Below, piece by piece: positions 42,735 through 55,600 of a stretch of 64,000 nucleotides of DNA. A model generated the notes under the pieces. That model did no database searches, was not told where the DNA came from, and saw only the letters and a list, made by a program, of their open reading frames with translations. Where the stretch lies: the NCBI RefSeq assembly GCF_009914755.1, contig NC_060929.1. One strand, 5' to 3'. The DNA is from the human T2T-CHM13v2.0 reference genome, Homo sapiens. Both the position numbers and the translations under genes were made by a program. Numbering within the stretch: position 1 is the first letter of the stretch; the number at the start of each line of letters is the position of its first letter.

Positions 42735-45700
42735 AAGAATGTTAAATACTCAGAGATGCACTTTACTAATGACATGAAAGCCCTACGATACTGAAAACTG
42801 TTACACATTTATGGGAGGAGTTAAAGATTTGAAAAAACAGGGAGTTATCAAAAGACTAAATACTGTTCAGGTATCATTTCTCCCCAGATTATCTATAGAT
42901 TCAGCACAATCCCAATAGCATCAAAGTTTTTCCCAGAAATTGAAAAACTGATTTTAAAATCATTATGGAAATAAAATGGACCTAGGCTAGACAAAGCAAC
43001 TTTAAAAATTAAAAAAAGCTGAATATTGGAGAATTGATACTACCTGATTTCGAGACTTCGTATAAAGCTACAGTAATTGAGATGATGTGATTTTGGCACA
43101 AATATAGACAAATAGATCAACATAACAAAATAAAGACTCAGAAAGTAAACCTACACATTAAGGAACAACTAAATTTTGACAGTGGTGCAAAAGAAATTCA
43201 GGAGAAAAATAATAGTTTTTAACAAATTGTACTTGAACAATTGAATATTCATATACAAAACATCAACTTTGTTTTGGACCATATAAAGAAATTTAACTAA
43301 AAAGGAAACACAGAACTAAATGTAAAACCTAACATGTTAAAAGTTTAGAAGACTATATGGGAGAAAACTTTTGTAACCTTCAATTATGCAAATATTTTTT
43401 AGACATAACATCACAAGCACAATCCATAAGAGACCAAATTTTAAAATGTAAGCATCAAAATTAAAATCTTTTGCTCTTCAAAGAAGTTTGTTAAAAGAAT
43501 GACAACAAAAGCCACTGGGATAAAATATTTGTTTATATCTCTATCTATCTATATATTATAAAGACTTGTATCCAGAATATATGTAGACTACTTAATAATT
43601 CCAGAAGAAAACAAACAATCCAATTTTTTTAATGGTCAGAAAATCTTAATCAACAAACACATGAAGAGTCTCACGTCAGTAGTCATTAGGGAAATGCAAA
43701 TTAAAATCACAATGGGTAACAACTACACACCTGTTAGAATGGCTAAGATTTAAAAGATCAACCCTACCAATGCTGGTAAGGATGTGAAAATCTGGAACTC
43801 ATACTGTACTGTTGAGATTGTATAATGATACAATCACTTTGGAAAACAGTTTGCAATTTCTTACAAAGTTAAACATACTACTAATATGTGATCTAGCCAT
43901 TCCATTTGTAAGTATATACCCCACCAAAATGAAAACATACATCCTACAAAGTTGTACAGTAATGCTCCTAGCAGCTTATTTGTCATAACCAAAAATTGGG
44001 AACTCCCATTCATTAATAGATGAATTGACAGACAAATTGAGGAATATCCATATTGTGAATTCTACTAAGCAAAAAAGGGAATGAAACATTAATACACGCA
44101 ACCACATGAAAGAATCTCAAAATAGTTATATTTAATAAGACAGGCAAAAAAGAATATGCATTGCATTTTTCTATTTATGTAAACATTTTGGATATGCAAA
44201 CCAATATATGGTGACAGGAAACACATTAGTGATTGCCTGGGGGAGCAGTACAGGAATGGTGGAAATAAATGGTTGTAGAAGACCAGGATGAAACTTCTGT
44301 GGGTGATGGATGTGTTCATTATTTTGATTGAGATGAAGGTTTCACGGGTGTATAGATATGTCAAAATTTATCAAATTGCACACTTTAAATTTGTGTAGTG
44401 TATTGTATGACAATTATATCTCTGTAAAACTGTTTCTTTTTTTAAAGATCAATTTTAACCTTCCAGGTATTACAAAGTTTGAATGATTCTAACTCTGTTA
44501 TTTGATTGTCATAAAACGTTTAAATCAGCATTAGGACAGATGCTAAAGGGCATAGAAGAGCTCAGAATGTTCGTGACATCTTGTTATCTGCTGCCTACAG
44601 AATCCAATAAAGCAGCAGCTCCCTACAAGTACAGTCAGATCCTCTTAGAAGTTTTTCTTATTTAGTTGAATGACTTTTCTTTTTTTCAACTGAAACGAGG
44701 AGTAAAAAACGGCAGAGATTTAAATGTTGTCAAATATATTTATACAACTCCATTTTCAGTCTTCATGTCTATTCAAAGTTTTTTCCCAATTTAAATTCGA
44801 ACCCCAGATTTTCAACGTTAAATTTTGCACAATGCCTATTAATTTCTAATTTGCTATTATTTAAATGATTGGCACATGACAAATGTCATTAAAATAATGG
44901 AAAGAAGTTATTGCAGTGTCACTGAACAATGTTTGTATTTATATGTATTTCAGATTTGGGTTTCTCATATTACCATGCCAGTGTTAAACTGTTGTGATTT
45001 AAAAAACAATAATAATAAGGCAACAATAAAAATAAGCCAGAATGATTCTGTTTTCTGCTATGGCACTCATTCAGCAAAAAGATGAACTGGTCGCTCCCTA
45101 TAGAAATAGCCATGATACTGCCATTAGTCAATGTGCTAGCCTTTTAGTTGACCTATGTTTATTACTTCCATACCTGCTCAAAATGATTTATTATATAATT
45201 CTCACTTTTTATTATCTTGTCTCATGCATTTTTCAATAAGGGGATGACCATAATTCTTTACAGTTGTACTAACAATAAAAGAAGGCTATCAGGATAGTTT
45301 TCTCTGGAGACCATTTAAAGTCCATAATATCTGGGATAACTTAAGTGATTTGTGGACTGAAGTTACAGATGACACCCTGCAGAAGAGTTCCCAGCTGGAA
45401 ATTTCAGTTTGCAGTGAGGTTGCCTTGTTGTTGTACTATACCATCAGCTAATTCACTGAGATATTGAAACAGAGATTGAAAGTACTTTTGAAACAAAGCA
45501 AGAAAAGTCCATTTAGGAGTGGACCTAAGTTTTATCTACTGTATATAACTTCATATGATTTAAATTTTTAAAAGTCAGTAATTCCTTTGCTGGTATAGTT
45601 TTATAGCATATATTCATTAATTCATTTAGCAAAGATTTACTAAGAGCCTACATTGTCCTAAGTGCTAGAGATACAGCAATGAACGCATCAGATACAGTCC

Positions 45701-46279
45701 CTGTCAAGACGTGACCAGTATAATGGAGAATAAGACTGCTTAGATATTTTTACCTTTGGAAACAACTTTGGAGAGTGTTACAGAATATATTATTTTTAAT
45801 AACTATCTATGTATACATCTATCTATTCATCCTTCCAAGACAAATAGGGATCTCTCTTCAGCTCACGTTCCCAATTAGATGTTACTTTGTCTCCAATAAA
45901 TAGCAGAATTTAGCCTTTTCTATGAGAATCACAACACAGATACCAGTTCAAATCTGCAGGACAAAGCTGCAACATCACCAAGGAAAGTCATTCCTGGGTA
46001 AGGAGAAATTAACGCTGAGAGACACTGGAGAATAGAAGGATGGAGAAAAACAAAGAATCTTTCCTTCCTGTATACATGACAGAGACTGTTACCTAAAGTA
46101 ATTTTGAGTAATGTCATGAATGCATGAGGTTGGAGTAACATAGAATTGGATTGCAGTACTGGATATGGATCATGCACCCCATCCCATCTCACCCATTGCT
46201 TTCATCCCACTACCAGCTGTGGGACAATGGGCAATTACTTAATATTTTAGAGACTTGATTTCCTTCCTCTAATTTTATA

Positions 46280-47564
46280 TTAGGTCCGTGCAAAAGTGAT
46301 TGCACTTTCAGACCATGAATGTTAAATCATTGTAACTAGGCTCAAACACATCTTTATTAATCAAAACAGGAACCATTAGAATCAACACATTTTTGCCAAT
46401 GATAAATAAGTTTGTTTATCCCTGTGGTGTAAAAATCCCGGCTTCGGGATTTGATGAACTCTTGAAAAGCATTTTCTGCATCCTGCTGGTTATGGAAGTG
46501 TTTTCCCTGCAAAAAGTTGTCGAGATGCTTGAAGAAGTGGTAGCTGGTTGGCAAGAGGTCCGGTGAATATGGTGGATAAGGCAAAACTTGGTAGCCCAAT
46601 TTGTTCAATTTTTGAGGTGTTGGTTGTGGAATGTGTCGTGGAATGTGGAATGTGTGCTCCACGAGCATTGTCGTGGAGAAGAATTGGGCCCTTCTGTTGA
46701 CCAATGCCAGCTGCAGGCATTGCAGTTTTCAGTGCATCTCATCGATTCTCTGAGCGTATTTCTCAGATGTAATGGTTTCACCGTGAGTCAGAAAGCCGTA
46801 GTGTGTCAGACCAGCAGCAGACCACCAAACTGTGACCATGACCTTTTTTTTGGTGCAAGTTTGACTTTGGGAAGTGCTTTGGAGCTTCTTCTCTGCCTAA
46901 CCACTGAGCTGGTCATTGTTGTATAAAATCCACTTTTTCTCATACGTCACAATCCGATCAAGAAGTGGTTTGTTGTTGCATAGAATAAGAGGAGATGACA
47001 CTTCAAACTGATGATTTTTTTTTTTATTTTCGCTCAGTTCATGAGGCACTCACTTATTGAGCCTTTTCTCCTTTCCAATTTGCTTCAAATGCCAAATGAC
47101 CTAGAATGGTCGACCTTGAGTTCTTCTTGTGTAGTTGTAAGAGATCAGCTTTGATGACTGGTCTCAATTGGTCGTTGTCAACTTCCGATGGCCTGCCACC
47201 AAACTCCTCATCTTCAGGGCTCTGTCTCCTTTGCAAAACTTCTTGAACCACCACTGCAATGTACGTTCAGTAGCAGCTCCAGGGCCAAATGCATTGTTGA
47301 TGTTGTGAGTTGTCTCCCCTGCTTTACGACCCATTTCAAACTCAAATAAGAAAATAGTTCAAATTTACTTTTTGACTAACATCATTTCCATAGTCTAAAA
47401 TAAACATGAGCAGAAAGTAATAAGTCGTTAGCAAAAAATCATAAAGCAAGAAATGCCCATTAAAATGATGCATAACATAACCACATTTATTTAAGAATGT
47501 ATTCCAATATCAAATGGCAAGATCCAGCAATGCAAAAATCACAATTACATTTGCACCAACCTAG
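46280..47564 (-). mobile_element. Full-length Hsmar1 mariner transposon (1285 bp), inserted in a MIR
   Basis: TIRs ttaggtccgtgcaaaagtgattgc and caattacatttgcaccaacctag; TA TSDs at 46278-46279 and 47565-47566; MIR-like halves on both flanks. Confidence 0.96.
46357..47391 (-). pseudogene. Disrupted Hsmar1 transposase (homologous to the SETMAR transposase domain)
   Basis: Begins MEMML at 47391; GRPSEVDNDQLR, KGPILLHDNAR and YSPDLLPTSYHFFKHLDNFLQGK...WQKCVDSNGSCFD lie in different frames; TGA replaces W of WVPHEL (47050-47052); third catalytic Asp is changed to Ser. Confidence 0.94.
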
Positions 47565-47672
47565 TAGAATTGTTGTGTGTATTGAATCAGATGATCCACG
47601 GAATAGTTTAACATTGCCTAATACTTATTAAGATTCATTAAGTATTTATTTGAATAAATAGTCAGAATTTGG

Positions 47673-48615
47673 TTGAACAATCATACAAAACTGAGTAATA
47701 ATATATAAGATTTAAACATCACCACAATTGATTTATTCTTTCTTTCTACATAAATATAGATATAGATATAGTTAAGTAGACCTCATATATCTTTTGCATA
47801 TGTAAATATCTATATATAAAAACAATGTATCTAATATGCAAAATATACATTCTTTTCAAGCACTCATGGGACATTTAAAAAAATTAACCCTGCAGTGGTA
47901 AATATAATATGTTACTTTTTAAAAGGTTAAAATCATTGTGATGAATACAATAAATTATGCTGGATAACTATAGAATATTACTTGAAAGAATATACATACA
48001 TATATTTGGAATTCAAGAAACACATATCTAAAAAACCCTATGCATCAAATACAAAATTTTAATATAATTTATAATATAATTATAATGATTATAAATAATT
48101 TATAATTATAATAGCTATCTATAATTTATAATTATAATTTATAATTTAATATAAATTACTAAGTGGTTTAAATTATATATACAATATATATAATAGTCAT
48201 TCATTTAAGCCACTTGGTAATTTACATTAAAATTTTGTATTTGACTCATAGGTTGTTTAGATATGTGTTTCTTGAATGCCAAATATATGTATATATATAT
48301 TTTCAAGTAATACTTTATAGTTATCCAGCATGGTTCATTGTAATCATCACAATGATTTTAACCTTTTAAAATGTGTTGTAACTTATTATATTTCCCATAC
48401 AGGGTTAATTTTTGTAAATGTCACATGAATGCTTGAAAAGAATATATATTTTGCATATTAGATGCAATATTTTTATATAGATATAGATATTTACATATGT
48501 ATAAGATATATGAGGTCTACTTAACTCTATATATTTATGTAGAAAGAAAGAATAAATCAATTGTGTTGGTGTTCAAATCTTATCTATTATTACTCAGTTT
48601 TGTATGATTGTTCAA
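47673..48615. repeat. Large imperfect palindrome (~410-bp arms, ~29-nt spacer) derived from an old L1 ORF2 fragment
   Basis: Outer 31 nt perfectly complementary (ttgaacaatcatacaaaactgagtaataata); arms align throughout at roughly 90% by eye; left arm has an ~85-nt AT expansion at ~48065-48150; spacer 48174-48202. Confidence 0.95.
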
Positions 48616-48943
48616 AATATATATTATATATATAAATACATAATATATATTCAAACGTGTGGGATATATTATATATATTATATATTATAATCATTCATAT
48701 ATCCTCATATTCATGTTTATATATACTATATCAAATCATATATATTTATTTGATATACTACATGGCAAAACATGTGGGATACGGAATACAGCTAACGCTA
48801 TCCTTAAAAGGAAATTTGAAGTTTTAAGTTCCTATAGAGCAAAAGAAGAAAGGATTATAATTGATAAGCTAAGTATTCATTTTAGGAATTTAGAAAAATA
48901 ACACCAAATTAAGCCTAAAGAACATGGTAAGAAGAACAGTCTA

Positions 48944-49522
<579 letters not shown>

Positions 49523-49550
49523 TTATTTTTTTAATCCACCGGGCGAGTGC

Positions 49551-49838
49551 TTTTTTTTTTGAGACAGAGTCTCACGCTGTTGCTCAGGCTGAAAGTCATA
49601 CTATCTAGGCTCACTGCAACCTCCACCTCCTGAACTCAAGCAATTCTCCCACCTCAGCCTCCCAAGAAAATGGAACTAAAAGTCTGCATCACCATGCCCA
49701 GCTAATTTTTCTATTTTTTGTAGAGACAGGGTTTCACCATGTTGCCTAGGCTGATCTTGAATGCCTAGTGTCAAGCGATCTGCCTGCCTTGGCCTCCCAA
49801 AATGCTGGAATTACAGGCGTGAGCCAGCACACCAAGCC
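49551..49838 (-). mobile_element. AluJ-type SINE
   Basis: Poly-T, diverged reverse Alu dimer, TSD-like gagtgctttt on both sides. Confidence 0.9.
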
Positions 49839-50929
49839 AGAGAGTGCTTTTAAAAGACTGAAGATAATTGATGTTTATGTCACAAAGGCAATTTATAATG
49901 GGCCTATTTGTGGGACAAGCTGAAAAATAAATGGTGCTACATAAGCCCTCTGTTCCTGAGGTAGAAGATTCATAAACACAAAGGTCAAATGACTGAGAAG
50001 ATGCTTTGGACCATATATTATGCATCTTGTGGCGATAAATGACATAACCTCTTTCTTCAGCAGCAATTTCGTGTTTCTCTCTTGTAATTCAATGTTTATG
50101 AGAACTGAGAGGTTCAGAAAGGCCAGGAATCTTGCCTAAGGTCACCCAACCTGTATAAGATGGCTTCATCTCAAATAGGTTTATCTGCTTGTAAATATAA
50201 TATTCTTTGTTGTAGTTTAAAATCCATTCACCTCATTAATATGTAATTATGGTTTTATGTTGGTTTTAGACTAAGGAACTGAATACAATTAATTTGAAAT
50301 TTTGAAATTAATTTGTATTTTAATATTTTGCTTTAAGTTTCATATTTTCAATAATAGGTGGGCTTAAGTATAAGACTTATTCAAGGCTAATTTTGCATCA
50401 CTTCTGGTTCAGCTTTCAGACTTTTTCAGTTCTTCAGTAGGGCCCCCCAGAAAATCATCTCTAGGGAAGAAAGTTGGAAGGGACACCAATCTTACTCTCA
50501 TTCTTTCTTGCTAGTACAAGAATGAAAACAAGTTAACAGGTATAACTGTTTTTCTCTTTCTGCTAGGCTGAATGACCCAAGGGTATTTTTTTTCTTTTTT
50601 TTTAAAGAGAACTCTATCTACTTAGGTCTAAATATGGTTCTTAAAAGCAATTTTTAAAATATAAGGCATTGTATTTGCTAAAATTCAAAGTGATATATGG
50701 GGAAGGCCAAAATCCCAGCACAATGTCAAAGAGCACAAGAAAGAATAACTGAATTCAAACACAACATGATAAGGAATAGAATGAGTGCCCAGTATGGAAA
50801 AGTAAAAAGACTAAAAATGACCAATAGGGCTGAACCCTTCTATTCACAGAAAAGAGGGTGATTTCTCAAAAAGACAAGAATGAACAACTCAGCTAGGTGT
50901 TCAGCAATGGGCTTACATGAGCCCAAACT

Positions 50930-51530
50930 AACTTATTTTACTCGATACATGTTTACTGACCAATAACTATGTGTTCAGCACTTATTTAATCATTGGAAAA
51001 TAAGTAATGACCAAATCAGAACAGGGCATGTTTTTGAAGCTTGTATTTTTAGCATTTTAAGTGAGAGGATCAAACAATAATTAAACACTTAAATATATAT
51101 ATATATTTATATATACACACACACACATATACATACATAAACACACACACACATATACACATACTAGGTCAATTATAAGGGCAATGAAGAAGCATAAATC
51201 ATGGTGATGAGGAGAACTGAATGAGGGTGGAATAATGCTAATTTATACGGAATCAATGATATACCCACTACAGCTATGATATTTGCATAGAGGCATCAGT
51301 GAGGTGAGGGAACCAACTATATGAATATCAGGGGGAATATTATTGAAGGCAGAGGAGAGAGAAAGTGCAAAGGCCCTGCGGCAGAAGCCTGCTTGACATA
51401 TTCAAGGAACATTGAGAAAGCCAGTGTGGCTGAAATGGGGCAAACTAGGTGGAAAGTTACAGGAACCAAAGTAGGAGAGGCACCAGGGAGAGGAGTCAAG
51501 CTGACTCCAGGGATCTGAGCTTGTTACTAC
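50930..51530 (-). mobile_element. L2 LINE 3' portion with an internal (TA)/(CA) microsatellite
   Basis: atgtttactgaccaataactatgtgttcagcac...gaaggcagaggagagagaaagtgcaaaggccctgcggcagaagcctgcttgacatattcaaggaac. Confidence 0.82.
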
Positions 51531-52099
51531 TACAAGGATTTGAATGCAAGACTATCAAATAATATTTAAATAAGGTGATATATTTAATAAATAATAGAAA
51601 ATGCATAATGATAATAAATAAAGTGATTTGAAGTGAGATTATTCTGGTTCATGTAGAAATTTTAAGTTATTTGCATTTTTGCACTAGTATAAAATGGTGC
51701 TGCCATGAATGTAACCCTGTAGATATATTTTTTCCTATTCACAATTTAATATTCCATTTTTTTCTTTTGGAAGGGTTTGCATTTTAGCCTCACGTATTAC
51801 TTTTCAATGAGGACAAAATGAATGGGGTGATTTTCAGAGAAGTCAGACTTTCCCATGTTGAAAATGGGAGAAAACTACAATTATCAACAGTATGCTATCT
51901 TTAAGGTTAAGAGATATATCACATGATTCCATTTATCACCCCACCAAATATTTAATAAAAACCTATTAAAACTGGAGATTTGGGAGGAATACAAACTTAA
52001 CTGAAACACAACGTAGGCTTTGATTTTTCAATGTCATGCATTGACATGTTATTGAAGTAGTCTCTGTACTTGAAATTGGAGTACAATTATTTTAGAATT

Positions 52100-52590
52100 T
52101 TGCTAGTGTAATGAAATTCTAATCATACTTAGAGTCAAAATATTGGGGTTTAACCTCAGTCTTTAATATCTACTGGCTTCAACCTTGAGCAATGTAGTTA
52201 TTTTCTGTTTTCTAATTTGCAAAAGAAGCCTGATGAAATATTATTATACTAATAGGATAACCTAAGATAAGATGATTAGAAATAATAGTTTGTTAAAGGA
52301 AGTTCAATAATAACATCAATGATTCTGCTAATGAGGGAAACAGTTCAATGTGGGGATTAAATGTACTTGGGTTTAAATCCTAGCTTTTGTGCTGGGATTA
52401 ACTTTGGTCAAATTCCTTAATTTTTCAAGCCTCAGTTTTTCGAAAGTAAAATAAGGATAATTATGACAACTACTTGTCAGAATTGCGGAGAGACCATTTT
52501 TTTGCTAAAGACATTTTTGAATGTCCATGAAGTATTTAACAGAGTGTCTAGCACACCTTAAATATTCAGTAAATTTTAGCTATTAAGGGT
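52100..52590 (+). mobile_element. Two MIR fragments
   Basis: ttgggtttaaatcctagct...actttggtcaaattccttaatttttcaagcctcagtttt...aacagagtgtctagcaca. Confidence 0.68.
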
Positions 52591-52629
52591 GATGAAGATG
52601 ATAATTATGATGATGATTATACTACTCAT

Positions 52630-53020
52630 GAGCCATAACTGTAATCAAAAGAAAACACTTCTGGCTGATTTAAGGTGAGAGAAATAGAAGCGATGTTGGC
52701 AGCTCACAAAGCACAGGGTGAAAGACTAGAAAATCGGGTCCTGAAAACAGGCAAGAACAACTAGGACCTAAGTTACCCACATCACAGGCAAAGTCACTAC
52801 AGAACCAGATGGTGAGTACAGCAATGAACATGTGACGTCATGCTTTGTGCTGCAGCCACTAAAGGAACAAAGCAGAGATAGTACCAATTTTGCCATCAAT
52901 ACCACTGGAAATCTGTTTGCTACTCCTCGCTTGTCCCTCTTTCTCTGAGTCACTAGTTTCCATCTGAAAGTTCCGGGTTATTGCTTTTGATAAGCAAAAC
53001 CTAGGTCATATGTTTGTGTC
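52630..53020 (-). mobile_element. Old MLT1 (MaLR) LTR
   Basis: aaaagaaaacacttctggctgatttaagg...ggcagctcacaaa...aaacctaggtcatatgt. Confidence 0.5.
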
Positions 53021-54289
53021 TAACCTCTTAGAGGCATAAAGAAAATCCTCATTTAGATCTTGTTTCTCCCTTAGGAGTTCATAAGATAAGTGTTGTTCAA
53101 CACAGGAAAAAACTTCTAATTCTGGGAAGCCAGAAAAAAAAATCCACTAAAATTTTGAGTATTATAAATAGTGAAGATGACATACCTTCATGATAATTAG
53201 AGATTGCCCTGAATGGCAGCAGAAATGAGCCACTTGTCTGAACTTTGCTTGCTCTTGCTTTTGTCACCACATAGCTGATGCTTTTTGCTCTCTGCTTTTC
53301 TCGGGACCATGTTGTAAATATTAGCAGAGAGCCTTTTGGATGCCCTGTGAACCCTACTATTTCCTCGTGGTAGAAGATGGCATAGACAGGCCTTCTTCGT
53401 ATAAATCATCACTTTTATAAGAGCATTATCCTTTGACAGGATGCAGGAACAATAGACCAAGTAGCACACCTTTGTTTTATAGCTAATATTCATAATAAAT
53501 CATTTTAAATCCATTATTTAAAAAGTGAAATGATCAATATATACCTGATACTGCTGTAGTATAACCTAGAATAATAATTTAAAGTTTTGGGTAAATTCTA
53601 CAGAATTCTTCTCTGGATCCCAACATGTAAGCACTCCTTTTTGGTTGCCAGGCCTTCAGTTTTCAACTTCCACGAGAGCAATATGCACTGTGTTACTCAT
53701 CATTACCATTCAGGAGTGACTCTGGAGACCTCCTAGTTTCTGAGTGAGTGGCATCCACTGTAGTACATCACTCAGTTTAAAAAATGTGATATTCTACAAT
53801 ATCTTATTTGTCTGAAAAGAAAAATACTTTTCCTAAAAATATATCCTGTAAAAAAATACCCTGCAAGTCCCACGTGTCTATGGTTTAAGTGATTTTAAAA
53901 TGGTAAAGTTATTTCAATCAGGTTGCACTCTTTGCTGCTTCCATGTTCCCCTTGTTAATCAGTCTGGTGTTTGGGGTCATTATTTTCTGGATTTTCTTGT
54001 TTGTGTTATGTTGTTTTGTTTTGTTTGCTTTCCTGATTCCAGAGGTGCCACTGAGAGGCTGCGAAATGCCTTTTGACAGTCTAATGGGCGAGGAGAAAAT
54101 GATTTGGAGTCCAAAGACTCCCAGTTGTGGATAAGTCTGGTGTAACCTCTCTCTTTGGGTAGTGTTGCCAGATGAATGCAGAATTGTACAGCCTTTATAG
54201 ATATTTCAGCTCAGAATAGAATACTCCCAATCCCTGAAATTAGATTGAGGTGATCACAGAGTGCCAATGCTTCAAGGCATTCTATAGTA

Positions 54290-55509
54290 TTAGTCCTCAT
54301 AGGCCAAATGTAAGTCTTTCCTAAAGAAAGATAACATCTTCCTGGAGTTCAAATCATTTATAAAATATTTTTTCAGACAAAATGCCTAGCACACATTATA
54401 AAATAACAAGGTACATAGCAGACTATGCAACATTGATGACATTGGACAATATAAACAGACACAGAGTCTTCAGTCATGAGTGTCTTGAAGTACAGACATT
54501 TAAATAACATTTACATTTAAAGAAATTGATGCAAAAAAGATTAAAAATGGACAGTTTTGACTGAGAACTGGAAACTAAAAAAAATTTCAAAAACAGAGAA
54601 TAAATAATGTGAAATAAAAGACTGAAAGGATAAAAGCATAAGTAAAAAAACCAGAAAAAAAATTGATATACCAGAAGGTAGGTAAAAATAAATAAATAAA
54701 GTAGCCAGAATAAAACACAGAAAGACAAAAATTGGTAAAATTTAAAAGAATAAGAGGTGGTCAATTGTCATGTACATGTGTAATAAATATTCCAGGAGAG
54801 GAGAAAGATAAGAACATATTTGCAAAGATACTGGCTGAAAATGTTCAAAAAGTATAGACATTCGGTCACAGGGCAGGTTATACAGTTTTACACACTTCGA
54901 GCAAGATAAACAGTAAGAAACCTATCTCTACACACATTATAGTAAAAATGTTCCCAACCAAGAAAAAATATAAATGTAGCCAGAAAAAAACCTTTAAAGC
55001 AGCAACAAAAGAACTGACAGCTGACATTTCAACAAATATACTGTAAGATCAAAGTCAATAGAAGCAAATGACCTTTTAAAATTGTGGACCCTCAATTCTA
55101 TAATCAGCAAAAAGTATTATTCAAGAATAAAAGCAGAATTAAGACACTGTCAGACATAAAAACGTCAAAGGAATTAGTCACTATCAGGTCTGTACTAACA
55201 TAAATACAAAAAGATGTTCTTTGTGCAGAAGGAAAAGGATCTCATAAGAATGGTCAAAGACGAAAAAAATAAAGAGCAGTGAAAAGGTAAAAAATGTGGG
55301 CAATTATAAATAAACATTGATAGTGCAACATAATGTTAATAATATTTTGTTGAGTTTAAAATACATGTATAATTGAAATATGTTAAAATTATATAAATTA
55401 AGAACAAGGTACACCAAATAAAAACATTCTGAGGTCTTTAAGACGATAAATAGTTATTAATGTTAGAGTTTAATAAGTTAAAAATACATGCAAATCTTTA
55501 GAGACAATA

Positions 55510-55560
<51 letters not shown>

Positions 55561-55600
55561 CAGTGAAAGACTACATATCCTTCAAGATAGGAGAGGAAGT
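54290..55600 (+). mobile_element. Ancient L1M ORF1-region remnant
   Basis: A-rich with ORF1-like motifs (acacacattatagtaaaa; actgacagctgacatttcaaca; cctcaattctataatcagcaaaa). Confidence 0.65.
55510..55560. repeat. (TATC)12 tetranucleotide STR
   Basis: Perfect TATC x12 plus TA. Confidence 0.97.

Noticed and set aside
52026-52058. Short imperfect palindrome ttcaatgtcatgcattgacatgttattgaa
   Set aside because: A stem of only ~12 bp with mismatches is expected by chance in AT-rich DNA.
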